A DNA stretch of 63,656 bases, counting the filler, from Octopus bimaculoides (Eukaryota), in NCBI RefSeq assembly GCF_001194135.2. It is 10 parts of 9 records of this genome, joined end to end, with 100 filler letters (N's around TTAATTAATTAA, not from the genome) between each part and the next. Parts side by side here need not be neighbours in the genome. Positions count along the whole stretch, not along the records: positions 20,622 to 26,928 come from NC_068998.1; positions 27,029 to 43,650 come from NC_068985.1; 8 more parts are not named here. One strand, written 5' to 3'. The notes below the pieces were generated by a model, which saw only the letters and a list, made by a program, of their open reading frames with translations, had not been told where the DNA came from and did not search any database. Position numbers and translations under genes: made by a program. Below, one piece after another: positions 23,500-36,166 of this stretch (its first letter is position 1; every line of letters begins with the position of its first letter).

Positions 23500-23884
23500 T
23501 TGAGCTGAGTCGGGGTGCTAGATTCCCTTGTTCGAAAATATAAGGACACAGATCATGTCATATAGCCAGCTGGAGAAGATGTCTCCTGGGGCTAAATTAC
23601 AGCAACAAAGTATGTAGAAAAGGTGTTGGTAGAAATTGTATATGGCATATTGTGAACACATAAGAGGCGCAATAGATTCAAAGGAAGGTTAACAGAGAAA
23701 GTATGATAGATGTGGAAGTCCAATACTCAATAAAAATACAGAGGAAATAGACTTCCTCAGATTTCCAGGAGGATCCTTAGAACTAGTATGTAATTTCAGT
23801 TACCTAGGGAACCTAATTAGCAACAGAGGAGGATGCTTTGAAAACTGAAGGAAGTGCTGAGAGCTATTAACTCTGTTGGTAATA

Positions 23885-24345
23885 AAAGGCTTCTGAATCA
23901 GAGTGAAGACTGTATGATGCTTGTAAAAGAACAACAATGTTACATGGTAGAGAAACATGGACAGCAAGTGTAGAGGACATGTGAAAATAGAAATACATAA
24001 AGCTTGCATGCACCACTGGATGTGCAACATCACTGTTCATGTGTGACAAAGTTCAAATATGGTGAGAGGAAAACTAGGTATAAGGGACATCAGATATAGT
24101 GCGCAAGAGGAAAGACTGCACTGGTTTGGTCAAAGACAGCAACATTAAAAAAATGCCGATCACTAAATGTGGATGGAACCTGTGGAGAAGGGAGACACAA
24201 GACAAAGGAAAGAAGAATGGACACCTGGATATTGAGCTTCATGGCAGTGATAACAAAGGATTGAGATAATTAGCTATTTGCTGCGTTCAAGAGGATCCAA
24301 CCATCTAAGTAGAAATGAGGATCTAAAAGCATATGGTTTGAGTCT
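23885..24345 (+). mobile_element. RTE-clade LINE 3' fragment, decayed
   Basis: RLYDACKRTTMLHGRETW and LGIRDIRYSAQEERLHWFG match the post-RT region of RTE ORF2; stops and frameshifts present. Confidence 0.75.
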
Positions 24346-25129
24346 ATGCCCCTGCAACCAGTCTGTCCTTCATATTTCTCTCCCCAACAAGCCATCTTCC
24401 TAACACCCATTCCTCCATCACACTTCTGATTACGGTGCTATTCACTCAGCTGGTGAAATAATGAAAGCAGAACTGCACATATTTCATCCCCCACTACCAT
24501 CCTCCCTACCTGGAACCACTTCCTAAGTCTCCTGTATTCTTAGTATCATCCCTTAAACCCTTTCTTTCCTCTTAATGCTCTCTTTCAGCTCTCCTTTTCT
24601 GTACATTCTCTCATTTTCCCAATGGCTGTCCCTTCTGTACAATCCCCACCAATATTTCCATCCCTATGTACTTCTAGCTTCATCCCTGGTATTATGCATC
24701 TCTCTCGTATCCCATCTCCACACACTTTGCATCACCTATTACCACCCTCATCCACTCCTAGCTCTTCCACTTCACCCCACCCCAAATAATATTCATGAGT
24801 GACTATATCTCCACTCATGTTCACCATTCACTGCATTCACTTCTAACCATCATCTCATCTCTATCCTAACATTCTCTTTTCAAACTCTTACAGTCTTACC
24901 CACCCACTCACCCTGTTCAATCCCTTGTACTTCTTATATTCCTCTTCTTATAACATGAAGGTATGCCCTGAAACATCTTCACCCCTATCCCTTCTGTTTT
25001 CCCACTTGGGAAGCCAGGTACTTCCTCGACAGCAACAAGCTTGTTCCCGTACTTTAACCTCTTGTCACTTCACATAAATACTGTACACCCCACAAACCCT
25101 CAATTGAAGAGTCTTGTCTTGGTGAGTTA

Positions 25130-25560
25130 TACTTAGTGACCTCACTGGCATCAGTACCACACAAAAAGCAGTCAGCACACTATCAAGTGATTGGCATTAG
25201 GAAGGGCACCCAGCCTTAGAAACCATGCCAAAGCAGACACTGAAGCTAGGTGCAGTCCTCTGGTTCACTGGCTCCTGTCAAACCATTCAACCCATACCAG
25301 CATTAAAAAATGGACATTAACCCTTTGGTGTTTAAGCCGGCCATATCTGGCCCAAATATCCTACATGTTTTAAATTCAAACTGGCCATATCTAGCCCCTC
25401 ACACCTAACCTACATTGACATTCTAAGAATAAATTATCACACCATCGAAACTTCAAAGCTGTAAGATAATGTATGATTAATTCAAAACAATTTGAGTGAA
25501 AAAAGTGTTACATTTAACAGATTAATCTGAACACTAAAGGGTTAAATGGTGATGATGATA
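25130..25560 (+). mobile_element. Retroposon with RTE-type tail (GGCATTAGGAAGGGCA.CCAGC...GGACATTAAATGGTGATGATG), split by a MITE
   Basis: Same tail as the minus copies at 51925 and 56783. Confidence 0.7.
25321..25541. mobile_element. piggyBac-type MITE, 221 bp
   Basis: TTAA|CCCTTTGGTGTT ... AACACTAAAGGG|TTAA: terminal inverted repeats and TTAA target duplication. Confidence 0.85.
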
Positions 25561-25809
25561 TAGACAAGACTAGGTATATCGAACACCATATAAAATAAAT
25601 TTTCTATTTGTTAAAATTATCTCTGCCTCTGGAGAATGTATCATAACAGTCAGATGAGAAAGAGAAGTAATCTAAAGAATTGAGAATTTTCTGAAGTTAG
25701 CATGCCATTAACAAGTCAAAAATTAATATTGTATAATATTTGATATACCTCTATTTCTCTATGTTGTTCAAGTAGATGCCTCAGTTCATTTTCATTTAAA
25801 TTATTATGC

Positions 25810-26035
25810 AAAGATGGTGAGCTGGCAGAATCATTACCATGCCGGAAAAAATGCTTAGCAACATTTCTTTCCTCTTTACATCCCGAGTTCAAATTACAGA
25901 GGTCAATTTTACCTTTTGCTCGCTTTTGAGGTCAATAAAATAAGTACCAGCTGAGCACTGGGTTGATGTAATCGACATGTCCATTTTGCCAAAATTGCTG
26001 GCCAGCCTTGTGCCAAAAATAGAAACTAAATTATT
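25810..26035 (+). mobile_element. SINE family A
   Basis: GGTGAGCTGGCAGAATC..., GAGTTCAAATT, AATAAAATAAGTACCAG..GAGCACTGGGTTGATGTAATCGAC. Confidence 0.8.
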
Positions 26036-26309
26036 ATGCAAATTACCTAGACCATAAATATATTCTACTCCTGTAAACATCTAAGCCCTTTGGCTACTGG
26101 TGACGAGATAGGACAACTGGTCATGCTGATGACATCTATCAAGGCAGAAACACATTTTTTTATAGTGGTGATGGATATTTTCTATGAACTACAGGCAGAT
26201 TATTTTATGCCTGCTTGAACATTTATATAATATTTAGGAGTGCTATTGTATTCATAGAGTCCATCAAAAGAAAATCTTTATTTCATGAAAGTCTAATCAA
26301 AATCCTTAA

Positions 26310-26496
26310 CCCTTTAACATCTATTCACATAGTTTTGAATTAATAATGCCTAATCTTCTTGCTTCAATATTTCAATGAGGTGGTTTAATTTTAGAATGAC
26401 ATTGTAGAGTAAGTATGAGAAACAGGATCTGCGTAATTTGAGCATGAAATAGGTAGAATATTTGGGTCACATATGGTCAGTTTAAATGCTAAAGGA
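26310..26496. mobile_element. Second, older copy of the piggyBac-type MITE in opposite orientation
   Basis: TTAA|CCCTTT ... AAAGGA|TTAA; the internal GTAGAATATTTGGGTCACATATGG is a near reverse complement of CCATATCTGGCCCAAATATCCTAC in 25321-25541. Confidence 0.7.
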
Positions 26497-27207
26497 TTAA
26501 ATTGTTTGACCAATATTAACATGATTACTCGTCCTGTGACACTACTTTCAGGGATTTAGAATCTACAGATAGGGTATGACAGTGAGACCTGTTTCACACT
26601 AACAAGATGGTATGACATTTCCATCACATAAGAATCATTTCATGCAACATTCATATCCTGTCATCTTCCTTCAACTGTTTTGTTCCAAGAGATTAATCTT
26701 TCAACATCTGATGTTTATATCAGATCGGAACCGACATTTTTCAACCCTGCACTCAGACTCTGGCAATACCTATCTTTATCCCCTGATGGGATCAAAAGGA
26801 ATGTACATGGCTTTGTTTGAGGAAAATAGGAAGAAAAAACAAGAGAGAAAAATGGTGAGCAAACATCTATTTTGTTAGTTGCTAGGCAACTGCTTCACAA
26901 TAACTTGCACACAGCAACTCTAGACAAANNNNNNNNNNNNNNNNNNNNNNNNNNNNNNNNNNNNNNNNNNNNTTAATTAATTAANNNNNNNNNNNNNNNN
27001 NNNNNNNNNNNNNNNNNNNNNNNNNNNNCATAGCATGGGATTGGATAAGACATGAATGAGCACATACACCCACACACATGCATACATGGTTAAATACACA
27101 CATACATATATACATACGTACATACGTACGTACATACATGCATACCTTCATGCATGCATGCACACATACATACATATATACACACATGCATATACGTACA
27201 TGCATAC

Positions 27208-27238
<31 letters not shown>

Positions 27239-28499
27239 CATACACGGACACACATGTTTATACGTACATGCATAATAGAATTATTACACGCATATACATG
27301 CATATCTATCTACCTTTCTTTCTTTCTTTGTTTCTTTCTGTACGTCTACCTGTCTGTCTGTCTGACTGTTTATTCGTCTACCTGTATATTTGTCTGTCTG
27401 CCCGTCTTTTTGTCTCTAAAAGTACGTATATGCATATCTACACATATACGTGTGCGCACACACACTCGCACACATATACGTGGATGTACAAGTACAACCA
27501 CACTCCTATCTATACGTAGGCAAGTAATGACTATACTAGAAATTTAAGAACGAAGGAACAATAAACATGGAATAGAACTGGATTTATAGATTAGAAATAG
27601 AGATTAAGAATGAAAGGGAATTGGTTCTATCGAGCAGAAGAACGAAAGTGTTGTGTTAATTCGAAGAATGGAAACAAATTACTGGAAATAATGAGCAGCA
27701 GACGATAGTGGGCGGAGGTACAAATCTGTTGAGAGACAGGAGATGATGATGATGGTGATGATGATGATGAAATACTACGACGACGACGAAGACAATGACT
27801 TGCTTCAGCAGTGAATAAGAGCGAGTGAATAAAGAAAATGCAGAAATACAGGGAACGGAAGAACAAGATGAGAAATACCGTGAGTGCAGAAAGGGGAGAA
27901 AGAGCAAAGAGATATGCAGTCCGAGAGCGACAGAGATGAGGAGAGAGAAATAATGAGATAGAGAGGGAAGAATATTGAAGGGGTGGGTGGACGAAAAAGG
28001 AGATCGATGATGAAAAGGGGGAAGTAAAGGAGAAAATCGCAGAGATAGTCGGAAAGACACTTCTAAACAAATAAATATGGTAGGATGGCTATTATATCCG
28101 TACAATGGTTTCAGTTAGTACATATCTACGTCTTGTGAAATGAACCCGAAGTGTTCTATCTCTCTCTTTGTTTCTCTATCTCGAAGTTTTATGCCAGCGT
28201 ACAAATTCATAGCAATTAAATTATATACAGCTAGCATTTGAACTTTGTACTGAATAAAATGAGCTGCATATGCGATTTAGTTCGCTTCTGATTGAAGATA
28301 CGCTTCTAGCGGGATTTTTTGTCTTTAAGACAAGAAATATTTAACTAGCAAGAATTCCTGGTTTGTCTTGTGGAATTCTAAACTATGTTGCCCTAAGAAA
28401 AGAACCCAATTACGACTGCTAGATTTCACTCCTTCATTTTTATGACCAATCAATAAAATAAGCGATCCTGATATACTTGCATTATCGATTGTCTTTATA

Positions 28500-28900
28500 A
28501 AGGCGGTGAGCTGGCAGAAGCATTAGAGCGGCAAGCTAGCAGAAACGTTAGCACGCCGGACGAAATGCTTAGCGGTATTTCGTCTGTCTTTACGTTCTGA
28601 GTTCAAATTCCGCCGAGGTCGACTTTGCCTTTCATCCTTTCGAGGTCGATAAATTAAGTACATGGGGTCGATGTAATCGACTGTAAACGCACTGGGATCG
28701 ATGTAATCAACTTAATGCTATTGTCTATCCTTGTTTGTCCCTTCTATGTTTAGCCCCTTGTGGGCAATAAAGAAATAAGCATTAGAGAGTCGTAGGCTAT
28801 GTTTTGCAGTATTTGTACCGGCTCTTTATGATTCGAATTCAAATCCGTTCGAGGTTGATTTTCCTTTCGTCCTTTCGAGGCTGATAGCATAAAATATCAC
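28500..28900 (+). mobile_element. Older SINE family A copy interrupted by a younger copy (28529-28776)
   Basis: 11-bp target duplication AAGCATTAGAG at 28518-28528 and 28777-28787. Confidence 0.8.
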
Positions 28901-29554
28901 AAAAATACTGGGCTCAATGTTATATATAAATATATATATATATATATGCCACAGACCCTTCCAAAACTAGACACGATTATCTAAGTGTTATCCAAGCCTA
29001 ATAAGATTATTTTTGAAGTAAATCAACCAATATTAATATAAGTAATCACTATAAACTACGAATCCAAGAACACTTTACGAGAATGAAGGCCAACTCGGAA
29101 TAATAAGACCCCAAGACGCAAAAATTCAAAAGTAAGCGTATCAAATATACACTTCCATCATCAGCTGCCAAACGGATTTCAGTGTGGTTTCGACATCTGG
29201 ACAGTATCATTTAATCCGACGATGTCAGCAGCGTTAAAAACATAAACTCCACATGGGAATCATGTGTGTGTATGTGCGTGTGTGTATGTGCGTGTGTGTC
29301 CGTGTGTGGGAGAGATGTGTGTGTGTGTGTGTGTGTGTAATGATTGATGTATCTCCGTTATGCGATAATGAGGATCCAGTTGTTCAATCAACTGAACTAT
29401 GTGCTCCTTGAATTGAGATATTAGTGGCTGGGTATTCCACAGATATATTATTTTAATGAAAGTGTTGGGTAGGATAAGTGTGGCACAGTGACGAACCTGT
29501 GATTTTGAACTAGAGTTACATACGATCTGACAAGCCTTTGTAAAGTTGACATCT

Positions 29555-29595
29555 ACTTGCACATGACACTTGCACATGACACTTGCACATGACAC
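29555..29595. repeat. 13-bp unit ACTTGCACATGAC x3
   Basis: Direct reading. Confidence 0.85.
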
Positions 29596-29661
29596 GGTTA
29601 CAACGCGCTGGGTTCAAACACTTAACCTCGTGGAGGCGAAGTGAACTTCTTAACTATTCAC

Positions 29662-29789
29662 GATTCAATGTCGTTGGTACTGTTGAGTTTCAAGCGTGAC
29701 GCCAGTCGTCAGCCATTTTGAATTTCAATTCAAAATGTCTGACGACCAGCATCACACTTGAAACTCAAGTGTACCAACGAATTTGAATC
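29662..29789. repeat. 128-bp foldback palindrome (~62-bp arms, very short loop)
   Basis: GATTCAA..TCGTTGGTAC..TTGAGTTTCAAG.GTGA..GTCGTCAG.CATTTTGAAT mirrored by its reverse complement with about 9 mismatches. Confidence 0.9.
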
Positions 29790-30375
29790 AAACTGTTTTG
29801 ATCCATACATGTAACTCGCAATAAATTTGTCGAGTGCTCTTCTTTCGTTTGTCCACTCACTCGTATATATATATNNNNNNNNNNNNNNNNNNNNNNNNNN
29901 NNNNNNNNNNNNNNNNNNNNNNNNNNNNNNNNNNNNNNNNNNNNNNNNNNNNNNNNNNNNNNNNNNNNNNNNNNNNNNNNNNNNNNNNNNNNNNNNNNNN
30001 NNNNNNNNNNNNNNNNNNNNNNNNNNNNNNNNNNNNNNNNNNNNNNNNNNNNNNNNNNNNNNNNNNNNNNNNNNNNNNNNNNNNNNNNNNNNNNNNNNNN
30101 NNNNNNNNNNNNNNNNNNNNNNNNNNNNNNNNNNNNNNNNNNNNNNNNNNNNNNNNNNNNNNNNNNNNNNNNNNNNNNNNNNNNNNNNNNNNNNNNNNNN
30201 NNNNNNNNNNNNNNNNNNNNNNNNNNNNNNNNNNNNNNNNNNNNNNNNNNNNNNNNNNNNNNNNNNNNNNNNNNNNNNNNNNNNNNNNNNNNNNNNNNNN
30301 NNNNNNNNNNNNNNNNNNNNNNNNNNNNNNNNNNNNNNNNNNNNNNNNNNNNNNNNNNNNNNNNNNNNNNNNNNN

Positions 30376-30423
<48 letters not shown>

Positions 30424-30831
30424 CATATGTGTATCCTTTGTCTGGTTCTATCGGCCAAAAACACCGATATAATAAATAGCAAGCTTTACAAAATAATAAT
30501 AAGTACTGGGGTCGATTCATTCGCCTAAAATTTTTCAAGACAATGTTCCAGCATAGGCAAAGTCTAATGACTAAAACAGATAAAGGATATGTGCTGATAC
30601 ACACATATATATGTGTGTATATATAATATATATATATATATATAAATTTAGGGAATGGCGTAGATAAAATCCATGTTTCATATGTTCCATAGCTAACAGA
30701 ACGTAGGAAATAGTAATTACCCAAACGAAGGGTAATTCACCAGCTACTCACCAGGGCAAAATACCTTACACACAAGAACGTTACATTGTCGTCAAGGGAC
30801 TTCATGTTAACTCGCAAGAGGTTTGATCGAA

Positions 30832-30909
<78 letters not shown>

Positions 30910-31141
30910 AATGTACTGTTCCGTGATGGTAAGATCAACAAAGAAAGTACTCCATCTGGTGAGAGATAAATATTTAATAAACGCAATACATGTTTTTTAT
31001 GTGCTGCTACTAGTTTCATGTGCTGAGGACATGCCAAATAATACTTTATAACACGTCTGACTTCTCGGCACAGTTATAACACACACATGCCTACATATAC
31101 ATGCATACACACACATGCACACACACGCAGGAAAAAATATA

Positions 31142-31344
31142 GGAAAATTTGTTTTTGAAAATGCACCCAAATTTGAAAAACTTTTGTTTATGAATGGTAA
31201 AAATTCAGAATTATGAATTATAAATTTTTATCATTGATAAACAAAAAATATTGCTGAAACTAGTTTGGTATATATGTAAATAAATTTATTTTAAACAAGT
31301 ACAGGTTTTTCAAATTTAGTTGCATTTTCAACAACAAATTTGCC
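31142..31344. mobile_element. Tc1/mariner-type MITE
   Basis: ~40-bp inverted repeats GG(A/C)AAATTTGTT(T/G)TTGAAAATGCA..(C/T)AAATTTGAAAAAC at both ends, TA flanks. Confidence 0.75.
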
Positions 31345-31883
31345 TATATATATATATATATATATATATATACGCATTATAGGGAGAGAAATAGAACATA
31401 GAGAGATAAAGATGTTAATAAGCATATAATCTAAGCTTCGTTGTCTATTCTAACATAAGTGTTTATACAAACTACTCTGCTATTTCATACGCTTCGTTCA
31501 CTCTTTCAACAATCATTGTTTAAGACAGAATAGTTAACTGTCACTTAAAATGCCATATAAGCCATTAGAAGCTCTTAGATAAACCTGTGCATCAGGCATT
31601 GAAACATGCCACGTGTATGCCTGTCAAGGCCTACCAGGCATAAAACAGCATGTAAAATTAACTTTGGTCGCAAAATACATTAAGCACTGATTGTGCTGGA
31701 GAATATTTGATCTAATTGAAGTATGAGTGTACGGAGATGCGTCTATAAATGCTGGTTTATATGGAGACGTGTGTTTGTGTGTGCGCGCCTCTGTGTTTGT
31801 GTGTATATGAATGTCTATATTATAAATACATACATATAAATATCTATATGTAATTTTACACACATAGGCATGCAAACTTTTCA

Positions 31884-32100
31884 TCCTTTATCTGTTTCTG
31901 TCATTAGACTGCAGCCATGCTGGGGCACCGCCTTGAAAATCTTTTCGTCGAAAGAATCGACTTCAATAATTTATTTTAAGCCGGGTACTTATTCTATCGG
32001 TTTCTTTTTGCCGAACCGCTAAGTTGCGGAGACGTAAACAAACCAGCACTGGTTGTCAAGTGATGGTTGGGGACAAGCACAGGCACAAATACTTTCCTTG
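31884..32100 (-). mobile_element. SINE family B, 3' part
   Basis: GACTGCAGCCATGCTGGGGCACCGCC...GGTACTTATTCTATCGGT...CCGAACCGCTAAGTT. Confidence 0.75.
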
Positions 32101-32269
32101 GTGGAATAGGAATATTTTTCAATGATGTCATTATTTCGGGGTTTTTTCCATGGTTTGTTTTGATTCTTTGTTGGTTTTCAGTGCTTAACAGGTGTTTGTT
32201 GACATTGGAAGCTTTAATACGTAAACGTCGAACGATGAAATGAGTGCTCAACACTGCATTGGTGGATAT

Positions 32270-32975
32270 ATAAACAGCCAAACACACAACAAACTACTAA
32301 CCGACGGCATAACTAGAACATACAAGAAAATAAACCCTACCACTTATAATTCAATTAATATAGAAGCAAAAAACCTAACCACAAAGTTTAAAATAGAAGA
32401 CAAAGTAGAAAAGCTTGTCTCACGAAATCCTTTTATAACTCTGAAAGACCACAAAAGCAATATCACACAATCCTAGCTGTAGATTAATAAATCCCACAAA
32501 AAATGAAATAGGAGTTATTAGTAAATCTATTATTAGATAATATTCTACGACATATCAAAGCACACTCAAATCTTACCCAGTGGATATGCAGTAGTGCAAC
32601 TAGTGAATGGTTTACGAAAGGAGAAGATGCAAATGCAAAACCCAAACGCAAATTTATACAATTCGATATCGTAGAGTTCTACCTCTCGATCTCCAAAAGG
32701 TTGCTTCAGAAGGTACTTCAATTTAGCAAAACATATGTCACTATAAACAAATACCGATATATGAACGCAAGGAAGTTATTACTCTTTCATGATAATTACT
32801 ACTGGGTAAAAATAATGAAGACCAGTTATATGACCTGGGAATGGGGAGCTATGACGGTGCAGAGATAGCTTACTTTGTAGGCCTTTATATCCTACATGCC
32901 CTTAAAAAATGAATAAAAGAAGCTGACATAGGTTTATATAGGGACGATGGTATGGGTGTAGTTCACAATAATGTT
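32270..32975 (+). pseudogene. Penelope-like element reverse transcriptase fragment, frameshifted
   Basis: FITLKDHK (32432), PSCRLINPTKNEIG (32472), QFDIVEFYLSIS (32659), MGSYDGAEI (32841) and GLYRDDG (32931, YxDD catalytic motif). Confidence 0.85.
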
Positions 32976-33281
32976 TATCTGTCTTGGCTAGATGCCTATA
33001 ACTTGTTTACCATACGATGAAAATAATAAGTCGTACGTAAATTTTTTCAAACATATTAATGAAATGGGAAATTAAAACTTTTAAGAGAAATACTATAATA
33101 CGATAAAATTCTAATATAAATGAATATAGATTAACTGTGGTCAGATATTATTAGTAATTTATATTCATTGGATTTCGAAATAACAGCCTCCACACAAGAT
33201 TTGAGGAAATACATAGTTTTTTCTCATAAAACTAGCAATGAAATATACGCATGTGTGTGTGTGTGTGTGCATTCTATTATA

Positions 33282-33493
33282 CAGGGTGTCCACAAAGTCT
33301 GGGTACATGGAGTAAATAAAATCATAACATAAACATTTAAATATAAGAGATAATAATTTCTTAAAGTATGTGTTAATCCCCATGTGGATACGTGGAGTAA
33401 ATAAAATCATAACATAAACAATTAAATATAAGAAATAATAATTTCTTAAAGCATGTGTTAATCCCCATGTACCCAGACTTTGTGGACACCGTG
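33282..33493. mobile_element. Tc1/mariner-type MITE with internal 85-bp tandem duplication
   Basis: TA|CAGGGTGTCCACAAAGTCTGGGTACATGG ... CCATGTACCCAGACTTTGTGGACACCGTG|TA. Confidence 0.9.
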
Positions 33494-33544
33494 TATATAT
33501 GCTTGCTTAGTTGTGCAATGAATTGTATGCGTATGTATGTCTCT

Positions 33545-33735
33545 AAGGCAGCGAGCTCGCAGAATCGTTACCACGCCTACAAAATGTTCCACGGTATTTC
33601 TTCTGAGTCCAAATGCTGCCAAGATCGACTTTGCTTTTTATCCTTTCGGAATCAATATAAGTACCAGGTGAGCACTGTGGTTGACGTAATCGACTTCCTT
33701 ATCCCCTCAGAATTACTGGCTTTGTACCAAAACAA
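33545..33735 (+). mobile_element. SINE family A, degenerate
   Basis: AAGGCAGCGAGCTCGCAGAATCGTTA...GATCGACTTTGCTTTTTATCCTTTCGG. Confidence 0.75.
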
Positions 33736-33954
33736 GAAAGAATATGCATGTACGCTTTTGAGTTTATACAGATATTTGTATATGTATATATTTACGTATC
33801 TGAACGTAAATATATTCGTACTTAAATTTTTCCGTGTATATGAACACCATCTTACTTATTTTTGCAAGGATGTATGCCAGCCTGATATTTTCTTGTACAC
33901 ACGCGCGCAAGCAGAATGTATACAGCCAGAAGAAATGTGTGTCATAGCCGACGT

Positions 33955-34055
33955 AAATGTTGGGTGTTGAACGCATGATCGTAAAATTCATGGACCATGG
34001 TCGCGTTGTGTTCTTGAGCAAAACACTTTATTTTACGTTGCTCCAAGTATCTTAC
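33955..34055 (+). mobile_element. SINE family C, degenerate
   Basis: CATGATCGTAA...GCGTTGTGTTCTTGAGCAAAACACTTTATTTTACGTTGCTCCAAGT. Confidence 0.65.
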
Positions 34056-34234
34056 TTGACAAAAATGAATAATCCTGCAACGCACCTGCGTCCCATTCAG
34101 GTGGAGGAGGAATGTATACGTCACGGAGCCCATGAAACCTGTTCTATGAATGTTGATTCGGCAAGGATCTTTATCCTTATACAGATATGTAGGTAGATAG
34201 GCAGGTAGGTAGTTAGGTAGGTAGATAGATAGAC

Positions 34235-34298
<64 letters not shown>

Positions 34299-34670
34299 TC
34301 TCAAATATATGTGTGTGTAAATACATATGTGTGTGTAAATACATATGTGTGTGTGTGCGTTATAGGTGTAGAATCGGTGGGAAAAACGCACTCAGTATAC
34401 ATTAAGCATTTTAGAATTTGTTATATGTGCATATGTGAGTGTATATATGTGTATAGTTGCGTTCGATGTATGTGTGTGTGTGTGCATTTGTGTATGTTTG
34501 TGCGTGTGTATGTCTGTGTGCGTGTGTGTGTGTAAGTATGATTACTTATTTATATGTTCAGACGCTACTCATACACTAAAGATTACACGGAATTAAGATA
34601 TCAGTGTCGCCTCCACACTCTCGAAACATTTGCTGGATATTTTCCTGATCAGTCTACATTTCTGAGAAAT

Positions 34671-34701
<31 letters not shown>

Positions 34702-35233
34702 AACATATATATTTATACATAGATGCATATATATGTATACATGTACATACATATGTAAATACATATATACATATGTGCATATATATATATATATATTCAT
34801 GTATATATATGTCTATATATATATATGCATGTATATTCATATATACATACATATAAATACTCATACGTATTACATATGTATATAAAATATATATGCATAT
34901 ATATAAAATATATATACATATATATGTATGTATATGTATGTATATATATGTGTGTGTGTGTTTGTGTGTTTTTTTTGTGTATACGTGTATGTTTATATAT
35001 ATATATATATATATATATATCGAATTACATTGGGAGGCAGTTAAGTAACAAGCTCTTCTCCCATTCTGTTGTAGATTGCTGTTCTCGTATAGATTTCTAG
35101 ATTCAATAGATTTTGATAAGCTGATTATCGTTCACCAATACAAATAGGGAAAATATAATGTCCGAGGTTTTAGTTTCTTTTGTTTTATTATATATTTCTT
35201 TCGTATTTTAATTTGTCTTTATTTTTATTTTAG

Positions 35234-35264
<31 letters not shown>

Positions 35265-36134
35265 TTTCAGTTTTCTTTTCATTTTTACGTTTATTTTTCT
35301 TCCCGCAATTCTAGGTAATCCCTGAAACTGAGAGTCGGCGCAGTAAATGTGTTTGAAGACTGTTCTTAGTGTCATATTACGCAGCGCATTCTGCAAATAT
35401 ACGCAAATACGCGTGCTTACATGTTCAGCGTACCTCAGTGCGTCCAAAAGCAAATACACGCGCCCCAACACACTTGTGAATACGAACACACATGTTCGTA
35501 TATAGACTTTTATTCGCATACATGCACAAGCGCTTACAGGAAAACTCGCAATCACATTCTCGCAAGTCACATCCACATAAATACACAAACAGAGGCATTG
35601 TGTACTCACAAACACACGCAGAGAGAGACATACAACAAGTAGACACAAACACACATTTACCCGCAAATACACGGAAGTATACAGAGGTAGAATTGCAGGC
35701 AAACGCACATAAAAATACACATGCAAAGGTGTACATACAGAAATATCTACGAATCTGTGTACTCACACGTACACACTGCAACGTGGGTTTATGCACGTAG
35801 ACGCAAACAAAAGCGCTTCCATGTGCAAACAGCCATATATGAACACATGGGAATAAACGCACGCTGTCCACACGGGCAATCGTACATATAATGTTGACAG
35901 TATCTCGAGTTAAATATGCACTTGCATTACGCGCGTGCGCACACACATACACATACACGCATACACATATATATATATATATATATACACACACGCACAC
36001 ACATATATATACATACACACGCGCGCACTATGCCACACACGTCTACCTTACTAAATGCGTGCGCAATATGTATTTAAGTATTCAGTCGTATATGGATGTA
36101 TGCATGCACGTAGGTAAGCATGTATGTATGTATA

Positions 36135-36166
<32 letters not shown>

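Larger units (their letters stand above)
22714..23607. mobile_element. ~350-bp repeat unit in tandem and inverted copies; candidate non-LTR retrozyme
   Basis: Partial copy 22714-22919, near-full copy 22920-23258 and inverted circularly permuted full copy 23256-23607; no ORF; carries a hammerhead-like motif. Confidence 0.7.

Noticed and set aside
26520-26790. Minus-strand traces (RFRS.., VTG.E) suggestive of a mariner transposase
   Set aside because: Too many stops and frameshifts to support by eye; needs a translated search.
27627-28105. Two ~150-aa minus-strand ORFs
   Set aside because: Low-complexity purine/pyrimidine-biased DNA, no domain and no convincing splice sites.
35330-35900. CpG-containing region with several overlapping ORFs
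   Set aside because: It reads as an old decayed (CA)n-type repeat; the peptides are H/T/C/V/Y biased.
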